Source: the human T2T-CHM13v2.0 reference genome, Homo sapiens. Taken from it: DNA of 64,000 nucleotides. The notes under the pieces were generated by a model. The model was given only the letters and a program-made list of their open reading frames with translations, was not told the DNA's origin and did not search any database. The stretch's first letter is position 1. The number at the start of each line of letters is the position of its first letter. Of this stretch, positions 1-15,935 are shown piece by piece. The stretch is taken from assembly GCA_009914755.4 (NCBI GenBank), contig CP068257.2, positions 41,984,001 to 42,048,000 of the forward strand, read 5' to 3'. The position numbers and the translations under genes are program-made.

Positions 1-1858
<1,858 letters not shown>

Positions 1859-1865
1859 CACTTAC

Positions 1866-1998
1866 TCGTGACAATTCCAGCCAGAGCGAAAACAAACTGA
1901 CTTTCATCCGAATCCAGCTCCTGGACATCACCGTCTAACGACTTCACAAAACTCTCCATTGTTTGACCAGTGATGCTGAAAAACTTCAAAGCTTTATC
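1866..1998 (-). CDS. HSF2BP: HSF2BP exon 5 (DKALKFFSITGQTMESFVKSLDGDVQELDSDESQFVFALAGIVT + 1 nt); further exons lie left of the window
   Basis: The reverse complement reads CTTTCAG|GAT AAA GCT TTG AAG TTT TTC AGC ... GTC ACG A|GTAAGT. Confidence 0.9.
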
Positions 1999-3404
1999 CT
2001 GAAAGTTTGAAAATCAGAGTGTCATATCTTTTTACAGACACTAGTGTGAAAACATTTTAAAAGTGCAGGATACAGAAGATTCTAGTTTTAATTGTAGAAT
2101 ATTGTAAAATCTATTCCCTCATTAAAAGTTCCCATTAAAAGAACAGAGAAAGCAGCTTGAGGCATGCAGGAGCAACAAAAACTACCCTGAAGATTGGTGG
2201 ACTCTTCACACGCATAAATATGATATAGGACAAATGTACATGATGATGAAAGTAAATGGGAAGAATTCACTCAAAATGTAATAAAAATATACTAGAAAAA
2301 CATGCTGCCTATTTGCTCTGGGCATTAAACCAGAGGTGTTCAAACCTTTAGCATAACTTTTTTCAAAAAAAAAAATCTTAATGAAAACATGTAAAAGAGG
2401 TAAAGACTGGCTCCTCTGGTAGTTTAAATCTTCATCACTTGGCAAAAAGCATTTCCAAGTTTGAACCTTTGAGTTACTTCCTTTGGGGTGCTAGAGTTCT
2501 GAAGAAGAATTTTAAAACCAATGTACATTTTAACCCAGTTAAAAAATTGGAAATATTTGCATTTACAAATGATATAAGAAAACTTCATGGATGATCAAAT
2601 AATCTAAAACTGGGTTGTGGTGATGGTTAATGCAACTCTAAAAATTTGCTAAAAACCACTAAATTGTACATTTACAATCTTACAGTATGTAAATTAAACC
2701 TAATAAAGCTCAACAAACTTTTAAAAACACATTTAGTCTTTCCACCTAAAGTCAAACACAACTGTTATTTCTATTAGCAGTAACTAATTTCTCACTGGTT
2801 TCCTGCCACACGTCCCCCTCTTCACCTTCATTTCCAGTCATGATCACGCCATGCTCCCAGAGTCAAACACCGATCTTTTTTGGCTCCTCTTGTCCCCTCC
2901 AGGTGCCCACTCTGCCCGGCCATCGCATCTGCCTCAACTGCCACAGCTCTCATACATGTTCCTTCTTTCCCATCTCCCCTGCAGAGGGCCGAGCTCACTC
3001 CAGCCAGACCAGCTAGAATGACCACCTCATCAGTCATCCTGTGTAGACGCGATGTGCCACAACTCCACCTCCTAATCCATCCTCACCCACTGTCAGGTGA
3101 ATCTTTCTAAAATTCTGCTCTTATCCTATCACTTTTATTGAAAAACCCTTAGGGAAAATCCAGTCTTCCCACCTACAGAATGAATCACCAACCTGGTATT
3201 CAAGGTCCCAAAGTCACATCCCAACCTACGTTTAAGCTTTACCTCCCCACTACTCTATGACATTAACTCTCCACTGTGTCAACTGACCTACTCACTGTCC
3301 TAAAACAAACCCACCCATTTTCTGCCATTTCTACCTATTCATCAAGGCCCATTTCAAATTTATCCCCTTCTGTGAAGTTCCCTGACAAATGCCTGCACGC
3401 ATGC

Positions 3405-4030
3405 ATACATGTGCGTGTGCACGCTCCCACACACACACATGCTCCCACACACCCACACGCTCCCACACACACGATCCCACATACACAGGCTCACAGGCAC
3501 ACACACTCCCCCCCCACACACGCTCCCCACACACACACTCCCACACACACAGGCTCCCACATACACACACATGCTCCCACACACACACACGCTCCCCCCC
3601 CACACACGCTCCCACATACACACGCTCCCACACACACACACGCTCTCCCCACACACACGCTCCCCCAAACACACACACGCTCCCACACACACACTCACAC
3701 AGTCTCACACACACACGCTCCCCCACACACACACATGCTCCCCCACACAAACACACATACGATCCCACATACACAGGCTCACACACACACACACACACTC
3801 CCCCACACACACGCTCCCCCCACACACACACACAGGCTCCCACATACACACACACGCTCCCACACACACACTCCCCCACACACACATGCTCCCATACACA
3901 CACGCTCCCACACACACACGCTCCCCCCCCACACACACACACTCCCCCACACACACATGCTCCCACACACACACACAGTCACACACACATGCACATGCTC
4001 AAACACACATGCTCACACACACACGCTGCC
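3405..4030. repeat. Compound minisatellite of (CA)n interleaved with GCTCCC(C)n / CAGGCTCC / ATGCTCC units, about 620 bp
   Basis: Dozens of degenerate units such as CACACACACGCTCCCACACA. This generates long artefactual ORFs in several frames on both strands (HTHAPTHTH..., CVCGGVCVC...). Confidence 0.9.
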
Positions 4031-4034
4031 ACAC

Positions 4035-4412
4035 ACACACACAGTTGAACCTTGAAAACAAGGGTTTGAACTGCACAGGTCCACTTACACAAGAATTTTC
4101 TTCAGTAAAAGTTACACCAAGTGTGTCTGCTGCTCCAGCCTCCCCTTCCACCTCCTCCACCTCTACCACCCTTTAGACAGCAATGCCAACCCAACCACTC
4201 CTCTTCCTCCTCCTCTTCAGCCTACTCAATTTGAAGATGATGAGGGGGAAGACCTTCATGATGATCTAACATACAAAAAATGTGTTAATCAACGATTTAT
4301 GTTGTCAGTAAGGCTTCCAGCCAACAGTAGAGAGAGTCAAAAGTTCTATGTGGCTTTTCGACTGTGCAGGGGGTCAGCGCCTCCAACCTCCATGTTGCTC
4401 AAGGTTCTGCAT
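4035..4412 (-). mobile_element. Small non-autonomous Tigger-type MITE (MER2/Tigger2-like)
   Basis: Terminal inverted repeats GTTGAACCTTGAAAACAAGGGTTTGAACTGCACAGGTCCACTTACAC ... CGACTGTGCAGGGGGTCAGCGCC...ATGTTGCTCAAGGTTCTGC. The internal GAAGATGATGAGG/CCTCCTCC region is typical of MER2. The family assignment is from memory. Confidence 0.45.
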
Positions 4413-4417
4413 CTATA

Positions 4418-4490
4418 TGTATGTGTGTGTGTGTGTATGTATAAACACACACACACATCTACATACATGTATATATGTTAGATAACACAA
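4418..4490. repeat. (TG)n...(CA)n mirror dinucleotide repeat with TATG/TACA interruptions
   Basis: GTATGTGTGTGTGTGTGTATGTATAAACACACACACACATCTACATACATG. Confidence 0.8.
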
Positions 4491-4815
4491 TATTCAATAA
4501 ATACTATATTAACCATGAGATAATATATATAAAAGCACTTTTGATCTTCTTAAACACATGTAAAGTATTAATACTGAAGTGGTAATATGTCCACATATAC
4601 CACAAGGTCTCCTGGAGAGAAGGGATCTTATTTCATTCCCTTTGCATCAGGTTACAATGAACCATATACGATAAGTATTCAATAACTAGCTGATGAGTGA
4701 ACAAAAGAAAATGGAAAGATATGGACTTAGTCTTTAAATGCCTTAATAAGCTATATGCTCTAATTTACACAAGCAGTAATCAACAATATCTGGAGAGCCC
4801 ACTGACCATACTTAC

Positions 4816-4965
4816 TCCTCCCAAAATGGCCTTGACGACTTCCTCACTGCTGGAGACACCCCACAAGAGGGTACACGCTGCTGCTCCCATTTCTGTACAA
4901 TACTCTGCCTGCTGCAGGAGTTGCTGCTTCGCTTCATTCAACTGCTGTCGAAGAGCCAGTTTCTC
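4816..4965 (-). CDS. HSF2BP: HSF2BP exon 4 (EKLALRQQLNEAKQQLLQQAEYCTEMGAAACTLLWGVSSSEEVVKAILGG)
   Basis: The reverse complement reads TTTTAG|GAG AAA CTG GCT CTT CGA CAG ... GGA GGA|GTAAGT. The exon is 150 nt and in frame. Confidence 0.92.
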
Positions 4966-7165
4966 CTAAAAGCAAAACAAAATTGAAAAATAAATAATAG
5001 CATTCAACCTTGATATATCTTTATTACATTTCCTCTTTCACAAAGATATTTATTAAAGAAATGCATGTATAATTATAGAAAATAGTTGCAAATGAAAGCT
5101 AGTCCTAAGAGAACCATAATCTGTATCTACAAAAGAAATTTCAAAGGCAAAAATATTTGAGAAATATCTGAGGAAAGAACATACTACCACATTATGGTTG
5201 ATAAACCCACAGAGCTGAATTCATCTGCTTTAAGTAACTACATGAAATATCTCAAGCCCCAAGTAACTATACCCAGAACCAGCACCAACCGAGGCTTCTG
5301 AACAAAAACAACCTCACAAAGCAATTTACCCAGAAAGCAACATTTCTAAGACAGGAGACTGCCTCCTCCAAATGGCTCACTCCATTGAAAAAACGCCATC
5401 TGCCAGAGGCAGACACCAAATAAAAGGCACTTGGACATCAGGATTTGTAAAAAAACAAGTACTTTAGAAAAACTCATCCTGTATAAACGTATCCTTAACT
5501 CCTCATGAGAATATTGCCAAAGGTGCCAGTAAATATAAAATACAATCTGTGAAGCTAAACAGGGAAAGAAAACCTAAAACCTAAGACCAGGTAGGAAAGA
5601 TGGGAGGAGGGGCAAAAAGAAGTGTGAAGGCTGGGAGTCCTATTCATGCCCTGGTGCAGCAAGCCAGTGCCAGTCTAAGAAGAAGATGGAGGCTAGGAAG
5701 AGTTTCCTACTCTCCCACCAGCAGTGTCTGAGGTGACCTGTAGCTGGGCAAGTCTCCACCATGGCACTCTTCACAAGGGAAACACAGGGAATGGCCGTCC
5801 TGATGGCCCTCCTGACAACACAAGCACACTTCGAGGATTCACCTTGAGTGTACTGCTAGAGTGATGGGGGGCTTCCTGTCCTCTCCAACCACCAGCACCA
5901 GGTACCTGAAATTCCCTTAAAAGGTGATAGCATTTCCTGATTTAATAAGACAAAAACTGAAAAATATAAAACCCCAGTTAAATTCATTTATACCAAATGT
6001 AATTAGTTACATAAACCACAAAATTAAAGTATATTAAATGCTGTAGATTTTCTTTTAGAGAGATAAATACAAGACAAAGTAGAGGGGGCTTTTCACCCCC
6101 TGGAGGAAAAAGGGAGCTTTGGAGCCACAAATCAAAACTGTTGACCTCATAACTTGGATTAGGGTGGCCCACTCATAGTTACCTGGAGACAATGCGTTTG
6201 GCACACAGAGATTCATACACATTCATACGTATATGCACACATGTATTTAAGAAAAAAATGGCCACTGAGCCTCTGGCACATGCTAATACTGCATCATGTG
6301 ATCTGTCAGCTCCGGGTTTTTAATGTCTTCATTATAGCAACAATCTGGACTCCTAGATTCATCCTTTCAGTGTACGTAGCTGAACACAAGTCATGGTGAC
6401 ACATGAAGAAAACTATGTCACAGCACTTCCTTTTGGAATTCTAGCTTTTCTCACAACTTAAGCTGTCTGCATCTCAATTAGTCAGGATATGGTGGTTCTT
6501 CTGCACGACCACAAAAAGACTACTGAGAAGAACCAGGAAGGACTTTGCTCACTACAGTCACATTTGGTAGTTGCAGGAGGATATTCCCCAACGCAGGGTT
6601 CCACACATAGTATAATAATATCAAAAAAAAAACAAACAAACCTCAAAGAAAATCATAGCATTCCCAGTAACATCAAAAATAAGAATAATTTTTTAAGGTG
6701 CAAGACCTATACAATGAAAACTACAAAGCATTACTGAGAGAAAGTAGAGCTAAATAAAGAGATACACCATGTTCAAAAATTGGCAGGATGTCAATTCTTC
6801 CCAAACTGATCTACAGATTCAACACAATCCCTATCAAAATCTCAGCAGACTTCTGTACAAAGTGATAATCTGATTCTAAAATTTCTATGGAAATTCAAGA
6901 CAGAATATCTAAAAAATTGTCTGAAAAAGAAGAACAATGTTAGAAGACTAACAGTGCCTGATTTAGAGGAAAAAACTAACTATAAACCTACCGAAATAGA
7001 ACCATTGTGGTATTGCTATAAGGATGGACATATAGATCAGTGAAACACTGACATGTCAACTGATTTTAACAAAGGTGCCAATGCAATTCAATGGAAAAAG
7101 GATAGTCTTTTCAACAACTGATGCTAAAACAACCGAATATTCATATGCAAAAAAAAAATAATTCA

Positions 7166-7735
<570 letters not shown>

Positions 7736-7736
7736 A

Positions 7737-7815
7737 AAGAAAAAAAAGAAAGAAAAGAAAAGAAAAGAAAAGAAAAGAAAAGAAAAGAAAAGAAAAGAAA
7801 AGAAAAGAAAAGAAA
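7737..7815. repeat. (GAAAA)n / (AAAAG)n microsatellite, about 14 units, on the Alu tail
   Basis: GAAAGAAAAGAAAAGAAAAGAAAAG... Confidence 0.9.
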
Positions 7816-8164
7816 AAACGAAGGGGAAAAAAAGAGAATCATAAACATAAATGTAAAATTTCTCAAAAAAATCGTTATGACCATAGGTTAGGCAAATATT
7901 TCTTAGATATCACAAAATCATGACCTATTAAAAAATAATAATAAAGTAAGTTTCATCAAAACTTAAAAGTTCTACTCTTCAAAAGATACCTTATAAAGAA
8001 AGTAAAAAGACACGCCACAGGCTAAGAGAAAGTACTTCTAATCACATATCTAAAAAAGGACTTGTGTCCAGATTAAAGAATTCTTACACATCAATAAGAC
8101 AACCCAATTAAAAATGGGCAAAAGATTTGAAGAGATATTTAACCAAAGAAAACATATAAATGTG

Positions 8165-8458
<294 letters not shown>

Positions 8459-8550
8459 GAAATAAAGAAAAATGAAAACATACGACCGCAGAAAAACCTG
8501 TACACAAATGTTTATAGTGGCATTATTCATAACAGTCAAAAACTGGAACA

Positions 8551-8689
8551 GGACGAGCGAAGTGGCTCACGCCTATAATCCCAGCACTTTGGAAGGCCAA
8601 GGCGGGCAGATCACTTGGGGCCAGGAGTTCGAGACCAGCCTGGCCAACATGGCGAAACCCTGCATCTATAAAATAAAAAAGAAAAAAAG
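8551..8689 (+). mobile_element. Free left Alu monomer (FLAM-like) inserted in L1; TSD AAAACTGGAACA
   Basis: GGACGAGCGAAGTGGCTCACGCCTATAATCCCAGCACTTTGGAAGGCC...GCATCTATAAAATAAAAAAG. The TSD is at 8539-8550 and 8690-8702. Confidence 0.75.
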
Positions 8690-9068
8690 AAAACTGGAAA
8701 CAATCTAAATGCCCATCAACTGGTGAATGGATGAAGAAAATGTGATATATCCATCCAATGGAATATTGTTTTGCAATAAAAAAGAATAAATGATGTATGC
8801 TATAACACAAATAAACCTTCAAAACATTATGCCAGACACAGAAGACTACATATTATACACATATTATATAATTCTGTTCCTACAAAATATTCAGAAAAGG
8901 AAATCTAAAGAGACAGAAAGATCAGTGTTTGCCTGGGGCTGTGCAAGAGAGCAGGGACTAATTGCAACAGATATGTGATGGAAATGTTCTAAAAGTTGAT
9001 TGGACAAAATCCAACACTCAGTAATTATAAAAATAAATAAATAAATAAATAAATAAAAATTCTCAGTC

Positions 9069-9375
9069 AGGCCCAGTGGCTCATGCCTGTAATCCCAGCA
9101 TTTTAAGGAACCAAGGTGGGAGGTTCACTTGACAAGAGAGAGAACTTGGAGACCAGCCTTGGCAACACAGCAAGACCCTATCTCTACAAAAACTTAAAAA
9201 AAAAAAAAATTAGCTGTATGGTGGCATATGCCTATAGACTCAGGAGGTTCAGGCAATTGGATCCTTTGGGCCCAGGAGTTCAAGGCTGCAGTGAGCTTTG
9301 ATCACACTACTGCACTCCAGCCTGGGCTACAGAGTGAGGCCCTGTCTCTGGAAAAAAAAAAAAGAAAGAAAAAAG
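9069..9375 (+). mobile_element. AluJ
   Basis: AGGCCCAGTGGCTCATGCCTGTAATCCCAGCATTTTAAGGAACCAAGGTGGGAGG... Highly diverged with few CpGs. Confidence 0.8.
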
Positions 9376-9697
9376 GAACTCAGCAAACTAGGAATAGAGG
9401 GGAACCTTCTCAATTTTATAAACGCATCTGCAAAAACCTACAGCTAAAATCATAATTAACGCTGAAAGATTGAATACTTTCCCCTGAGATCAGGAACAAG
9501 GCAAAGATATCCACTCTCACCACTCTTATTCAGCACAGTGCTGTAGTGCTGGAAGGCCTGGCTACGCAAGAAGGAAAGAGGAAGAAATAAAAGGTATACA
9601 AAGCAGAATGAAGAACTAGAACAGCCCCTATTTTCAGATGACATGATTGTCCATGTAGAAAATCTCAAGAAATCCATAAAAGAACTCCTAGAAGTCA

Positions 9698-10024
<327 letters not shown>

Positions 10025-11563
10025 TTAAAAAATGGAAACCAAAATTAAAAACACAATACCATTTACGGTTACTCCAAATAAAATTAAATACTTAGGTAAA
10101 AATCTAATACAAATGTGTATGCTGAAAATAATTAGGTAAAAATCTAACACAAATCTAGATGCTGAAAATAATTGTAAACTGCTGATGAAAGAAATTAAAG
10201 ACAACTTAAAGAAATGGAGAGACATGCTATGTTTATGAATTGAAAGATTCAACATAGTAAAGATATCAATTCTCTACAAACTGATCTACAAACGTACCAC
10301 AATTTCTATTAAAATTCCAGCAAGGTTTTTGTAGACATAAACAAGCTTACTCTAAAATTTATGCGGAAAAGCAAAGAAGCTAGAATAGTTAGGGCAACTC
10401 TGAAAAAGAGGAATGAAATGGGAAGAATCATTTTATCCAGTGTTAAGGCTTACTATGTCGCTACAGTAATCAGAATAATGTATTATTGGTGCAGGAACAG
10501 ATCAAAGTACCTGAGTAGAGAACCCACAACAGACCCAGGCCAGTATGACTGAATTTTGACAATGGTGCAAAAGCAATTCAATGAAGGAGAGAGAGTCTTT
10601 TTGAGAAACAGTGCTGAAGCAACTGGACAACGATAAGCCAAAGAAAAAAATATTAACTTGAACTTAATCCTCATACCTTCTACAAAAATTAACTCAAAAT
10701 GAATCATAGACTTAAATGTAAAATGTAAAACTATAAAACCATTAAGAAAAAAGAATGGGAGAAAATTGTGGTGACCTAGAGCTATGTGAAAAATTCTTAG
10801 ACATAACAACAAGAAAACAGTCTATAAAAGGAGAAATCAGTAAATTGGACTTCATTAAAATTTAAAACATTCGCTTTTTGAAAGAACCTGTGAAGATGAA
10901 AAGAGCAGCTACAGACTGGGAGAAAAGACTTGCAAAACATATACTCAGCAAAGGACTTCTATCTAGAATATATCAAGAGCTCAAACGCAAAAGTAAAAAA
11001 AGAAAAAATCCAATTAGAACATGGGTAAAAGACACGAAAAAAACATTTCATAAAAGAGAATACACAGACAGAAAATAAATGCATGAAATGATGCTCAACA
11101 TCATTAGCTGTTAGGGAAATGCAAATTAAAACCACAACAAACCTATCAAAATGACTAAAATTCAAAATAGAATAACACCAAATACTGGTTAGGACATGGA
11201 GAAAGTGAATCACTCATACATTTTGGTGGGACTCTAAAATGGTACAGACACTCTGGAAAACAATTTGGCAATTTCTTCCAAAACTAAATGTGCACTTACC
11301 ATACAACCCAGTAATTGTACTCTCGGGCATTTATCACACAAAAATAAAGACACACATTCACACAAAAACCTATACATGGATGTTACTAGTGTCTTTATCA
11401 GTAATAGAAAAAAAAACCGTAAGAACTATTCAAACTTCTTTCAGTGGAGGAATTACAACATATTGCAAACAAATTGCAACATATACATACCATGGAATAT
11501 GAGGCAATAAAAATATCTAACGATACATGCAACTTGGATGTATCTGAGTGAAAGTCAGTCTCT

Positions 11564-11848
11564 GCCAGGCACCCATGGCTCATGCCTGTAATCCCAGCAC
11601 TTTGGGAGGACAAGGCCAAAGGATCAACTGAGCCCAGGGGTTCAAGACCAGCCTGAGTAACATAGCGAACCTGTCTCTACAAAAAAAATTAAAAATTAGC
11701 TGGGCATGGTGACATGTGCCTGTGGACCTAGCTACTTGGGAGGCTGACATGGGAGGACTGCTTTGGCCCAGGAGGTCAAGGATGCTGTGAGCCATGATCC
11801 TGCCACTGCATGTCACTGCCTGGGTGACACAGTGAGACTCTGTCTCAA
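11564..11848 (+). mobile_element. AluJ inside L1; TSD GAAAGTCAGTC
   Basis: GCCAGGCACCCATGGCTCATGCCTGTAATCCCAGCACTTTGGGAGGACAAGGCC.... The TSD is at 11550-11560 and 11851-11861. Confidence 0.8.
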
Positions 11849-12605
11849 GGAAAAGTCAGTCGCAAAAGGTTATTCTACGTTATGACATTCTTGAGATAAC
11901 AAAATTAGAGATGGAAAATGTATTAGTGATTGCCAGGGGCAAGGCAGAGGGAATGGGGTGGATGTGGCTATAAAGGGGTAGCACCAAGGAGCCTTACGGC
12001 AATGGTACAGTTCCAAGTGTGGTGGTGGTTACATGAATCTACAAATGTCATAAAATTGCACAGAACTATGTACATACATGCACACACAAATGAGTACATA
12101 CAGAATTGATGAAATACAAAGAAGTCCAGGTGAAACTGGTGAAACCTGAAAGTTGTTAATTGTACCAATTCCAATTTCCTGGTTTTTATCTTCTACTATA
12201 GTTACGCAAGATATCACCACTAGGGAAAACCGGGTGAAGGGTATAGATAACTTCCCTGGACTTTTTGAAACTTCTAGTGAATCTATAAGTAAACACAAAA
12301 AAATTTTTTTGTTTCCAGTGGGATTGGACCAAAAAATTTTAACCAAAAAAAAAAAAGCTGTATAAATTTACTAAAAACTATCAAACTATACAATTACAAT
12401 GCAAAAAAATTTTTGTGGTACAAAATATACCTCAATAATGCTGTTTTAAAGAAACAATAATCAAACCCTGATATATTTTCCTGTTTAAAGGAATACTCAT
12501 ACATAACAGTTTATCAAGCACAAAACTCCCAAGATTTCCTCAATATCTTTCTGTAGTTCATTCTGTATTTTAGCTTAACTACAATTTTTCTTTTAAAAGT
12601 TTCTT

Positions 12606-12842
12606 GGCTCACTGCAAGCTCCGCCTCCCAGGTTCACGCCATTCTCCTGCCTCAGCCTCCCGAGTAGCTGGGACTACAGGCGCCCACCACCACGCCTGGC
12701 TAATTTTTTGTATTTTCTTTTTTTAGTAGAAACGGGGTTTCACCGTGTTAGCCAGAATGGTCTCGATCTCCTGACCTTATGATCCGCCCACCTCAGCCTC
12801 CCAAAGTGCTGGGATTACAGGCGTGAGCCACCGCGCCCGGCC
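12606..12842 (-). mobile_element. AluY-like, truncated (lacks the poly-A end and about 55 bp)
   Basis: GGCTCACTGCAAGCTCCGCCTCCCAGGTTCACGCCATTCTCCTGCCTCAGCCTCCCGAGTAGCTGGGACTACAGGCGCCCACCACCACGCC...GGCGTGAGCCACCGCGCCCGGCC. Confidence 0.85.
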
Positions 12843-13210
12843 AATATTCTCCAACAGTTGTGCCTTTACCAGGAAGCTGGGATCTTTTTCCTCTAAAGTT
12901 CAAACGTTGCTACTGCCAGGACTCTTTCCTGGCCCAGCCTCCTCACATCATAAGCAGGTATCAAGACCCAGTGCACCTCCTCCACTGACCCAACAAAATC
13001 TCTGTGGAGGAAACATCTCCACCATGGCCAGGAACAAAGTCTTCCTTGTTTGAGTAGCCTTTCTCTAGGGGTTCAGAAGCTGCTTGCTCATACATCACAC
13101 TTTATGATTTGGGTTCCATACTTTGTTTCTGACCTTTTCTTACATATTGAACTCAATAACTTCTGCCTTTTCCTAGTAATTTTTCACTCATACAGAAGTA
13201 CTTACTAGCA

Positions 13211-13477
13211 GCCAGGCACGGTGGCTCACGCCTGTAAACCCAGCACTTTGGGAGACCAAAGTGGATGGATCACCTGAGGTCAGGAGTTCAAGACCAGCCT
13301 GGCCAACATGGCGAAACCTCATCTCTACTAAAAATACAAAAATTAGCCAGGCATGGTGGCACGTGCCTGTAATCCCAGGTATCCAGGAGGTGGAGGTTGC
13401 AGTGAGCTGAGATTGTGCCACTGCACTCCAGCCTGGACGACAGAGCAAGACTCTGTCTCAAAAAAAAAAAAAAAAAA
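13211..13477 (+). mobile_element. Alu with an internal deletion in the right arm; 14-bp TSD AGTACTTACTAGCA
   Basis: The TSD is at 13197-13210 and 13478-13491. The A18 tail is present. Confidence 0.85.
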
Positions 13478-13556
13478 GTACTTACTAGCAGTAATCTAAT
13501 TGAGGATCTAGTCTCTGGATTCTTTCCTGGGTCCTCAATTCTATAATAAGTTTCCA

Positions 13557-13920
13557 GGGCCAGGTGCAGTGGCCCATGCCTGTAATCCCAGCATTTTGGG
13601 AGGCCCAAAGCAGGAGGATCACTTGAGCCCAGGAGTTGAAGACCAACTTGGGCAACATAGTGAGACCCCATCTCTATAAAAAAATTTTAAAAATTGTTTT
13701 AAAAATTATACAATAGAATTGTTCTTGTAAAAAATAAAAATTAATTAATTAATTAAATTTAGCTGGATGTCATGGCACATCTCTGTAGTCCCAGCCACTC
13801 TGGAGGCCAAGGAGGAGGATCGCTTAAGCCCAGGAGGTCGAAGCTACTGCAACTATTATTGCACCACTGCACTCCAGCCTGGCAACAGAGCAACACCCTG
13901 TCTCAAAAAATAAATAAATA
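13557..13920 (+). mobile_element. AluJ with an expanded AT-rich middle linker
   Basis: GGCCAGGTGCAGTGGCCCATGCCTGTAATCCCAGCATTTTGGGAGGCC ... right arm TTAGCTGGATGTCATGGCACATCTCTGTAGTCCCAGCCACTC...(AAATA)n. Confidence 0.7.
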
Positions 13921-14034
13921 AATAAAATAAGTTTCTAGAGTCCCTCCTCATGATCCGTACAGGCCTCAACAGAGACTACAGCAAAGGCTACAGATAAGGC
14001 AGCTGCTAGAAGAGAAATGGCCTTGTTACAGCAA

Positions 14035-14165
14035 CCTTGCAGGAGCTTTCCTCTGTATTCACCTTACAGGAGCTTCCCTCTGTATTCACCTTGCAGGAGC
14101 TTCCCTCTGCATTCACCTTGCAGGGGCTTCCCTCTGTATTCACCTTGCAGGGGCTTCCCTCTATA
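14035..14165. repeat. 29-bp minisatellite x ~4.5 (CCTTGCAGGAGCTTCCCTCTGTATTCAC)
   Basis: Near-identical tandem copies with point variants (T/C, A/G, TTT/TTC). It lies in an HSF2BP intron. Confidence 0.9.
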
Positions 14166-14268
14166 TTAAATTGGACTATTCAACAAGATTTTTAACTATA
14201 AATAGGGAATAGTTGGGTAAAATATTCCCACATTTTAAGGTCAAAGTTCCAGGGCAACAAAACCCTAG

Positions 14269-14554
<286 letters not shown>

Positions 14555-14811
14555 TGTTAGTACTATTATCATCCAAAATAAAAATATATCCAGGCCCCAA
14601 ATTTTATAAAAAGTGTCAGAATAGTTCTAGTTCTATGGAAAAGGAAGTTATGCCACACAAAAAGTTAAACTAAGCAATTTTTAAGAAATATTAGTTTCTC
14701 TAATATTTATATAAAATATAACTGGCTAAAATGTAATAATCCCCAAATTAATTACATGTACTTCTGATTTAATACATCTATGTCCAACTATAAGATATTA
14801 TGTACATGATT

Positions 14812-15218
14812 TTTTCCTCCGAGACTCTCATCGCTATGGTTTGTCCCCCTGCAAACTCATGTTGAAATTTGATCCCCAATGTGGCACTCTTGAGAGGTGG
14901 GGCCTAGTGAGAGGTGTATGGGTCATGGGAGTGGATTCCTCATGAAGCGATTAATGTGCTCTCTGGAGGGTGAGTGAGTTCTTGCTCTCACAGGAATGGA
15001 TTAGTTTCCCTGAGAGCAGGTTGGTAAAGAGTCTGGCTTCCTCAGTTTCTCTCTCTTGCTTTCTCTCATCATGTGATCTCGTCACACAGCCAGCTCCCCT
15101 TCTGTCATGATTTGAAGCAGCCTGAGGCCCTCACCAGAAAAAGATGCCCAATCTTGAACCTTCCAGCCACCAAAATCTTGACATAAATAAACCTCTTTTC
15201 TTTATAAATTACTCAGCC
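14812..15218 (+). mobile_element. MaLR LTR (MST/THE1-family solo LTR). Its body is split by the AluY at 15221-15520; the last about 70 bp resume at 15533-15600
   Basis: TATGGTTTGTCCCCCTGCAAACTCATGTTGAAATTTGATCCCCAATGTGGCACTCTTGAGAGGTGGGGCC...ATAAACCTCTTTTCTTTATAAATTACTCAG. Confidence 0.7.
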
Positions 15219-15220
15219 TC

Positions 15221-15520
<300 letters not shown>

Positions 15521-15831
15521 TTAATTACTCAGTATCAGATATTTTGTTATAGCAACACAAAATGAACTAAGATAATTATGAACCTTTATGTTGTAGGGCA
15601 GATTTTTAAACATAAAAGTTAAAAGATACCAAGTGAATGATCTACGTGTTAAATGGTTATAAAATCCATCTGTTCAACTACATTCCAACCCACTCAGAAT
15701 ACATACATTTACAAATACAATTTATTGAGGATTAAGAGTAAAAAATTCAGTCCCACTGCTTATCATAAGTGAAAGGCTGTAAGCCAGCCCCACTTTCTGG
15801 CTTGGTGAGAGTCTGTCCCTGAGCATGGTAC

Positions 15832-15935
15832 CTTCTTCTCTCTTATGTTGTCGGCCTGCACGGTTTCCAGGCGGGCTTTAAAGTGCTCACAATCCATTTT
15901 CAGCTGCTCTAATTCTTGCTCTTTCCTTTCCAGGT
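15832..15935 (-). CDS. HSF2BP: HSF2BP exon 3 (completes N, then LERKEQELEQLKMDCEHFKARLETVQADNIREKK)
   Basis: The reverse complement reads TCCTAG|AC CTG GAA AGG AAA GAG CAA GAA ... AGA GAG AAG AAG|GTACCA. The 104 nt restore phase 0 after the 1-nt carry-over from exon 2. Confidence 0.9.

Noticed and set aside
3276-4176. Five overlapping ORFs of 200-260 aa on both strands (HTHAPTHTH..., CVCGGVCVC...)
   Set aside because: They are produced entirely by the CA/GCTCCC minisatellite. They are open in several frames and on both strands at once, with extreme low-complexity composition and no splice or initiation context. These are repeat artefacts, not genes.
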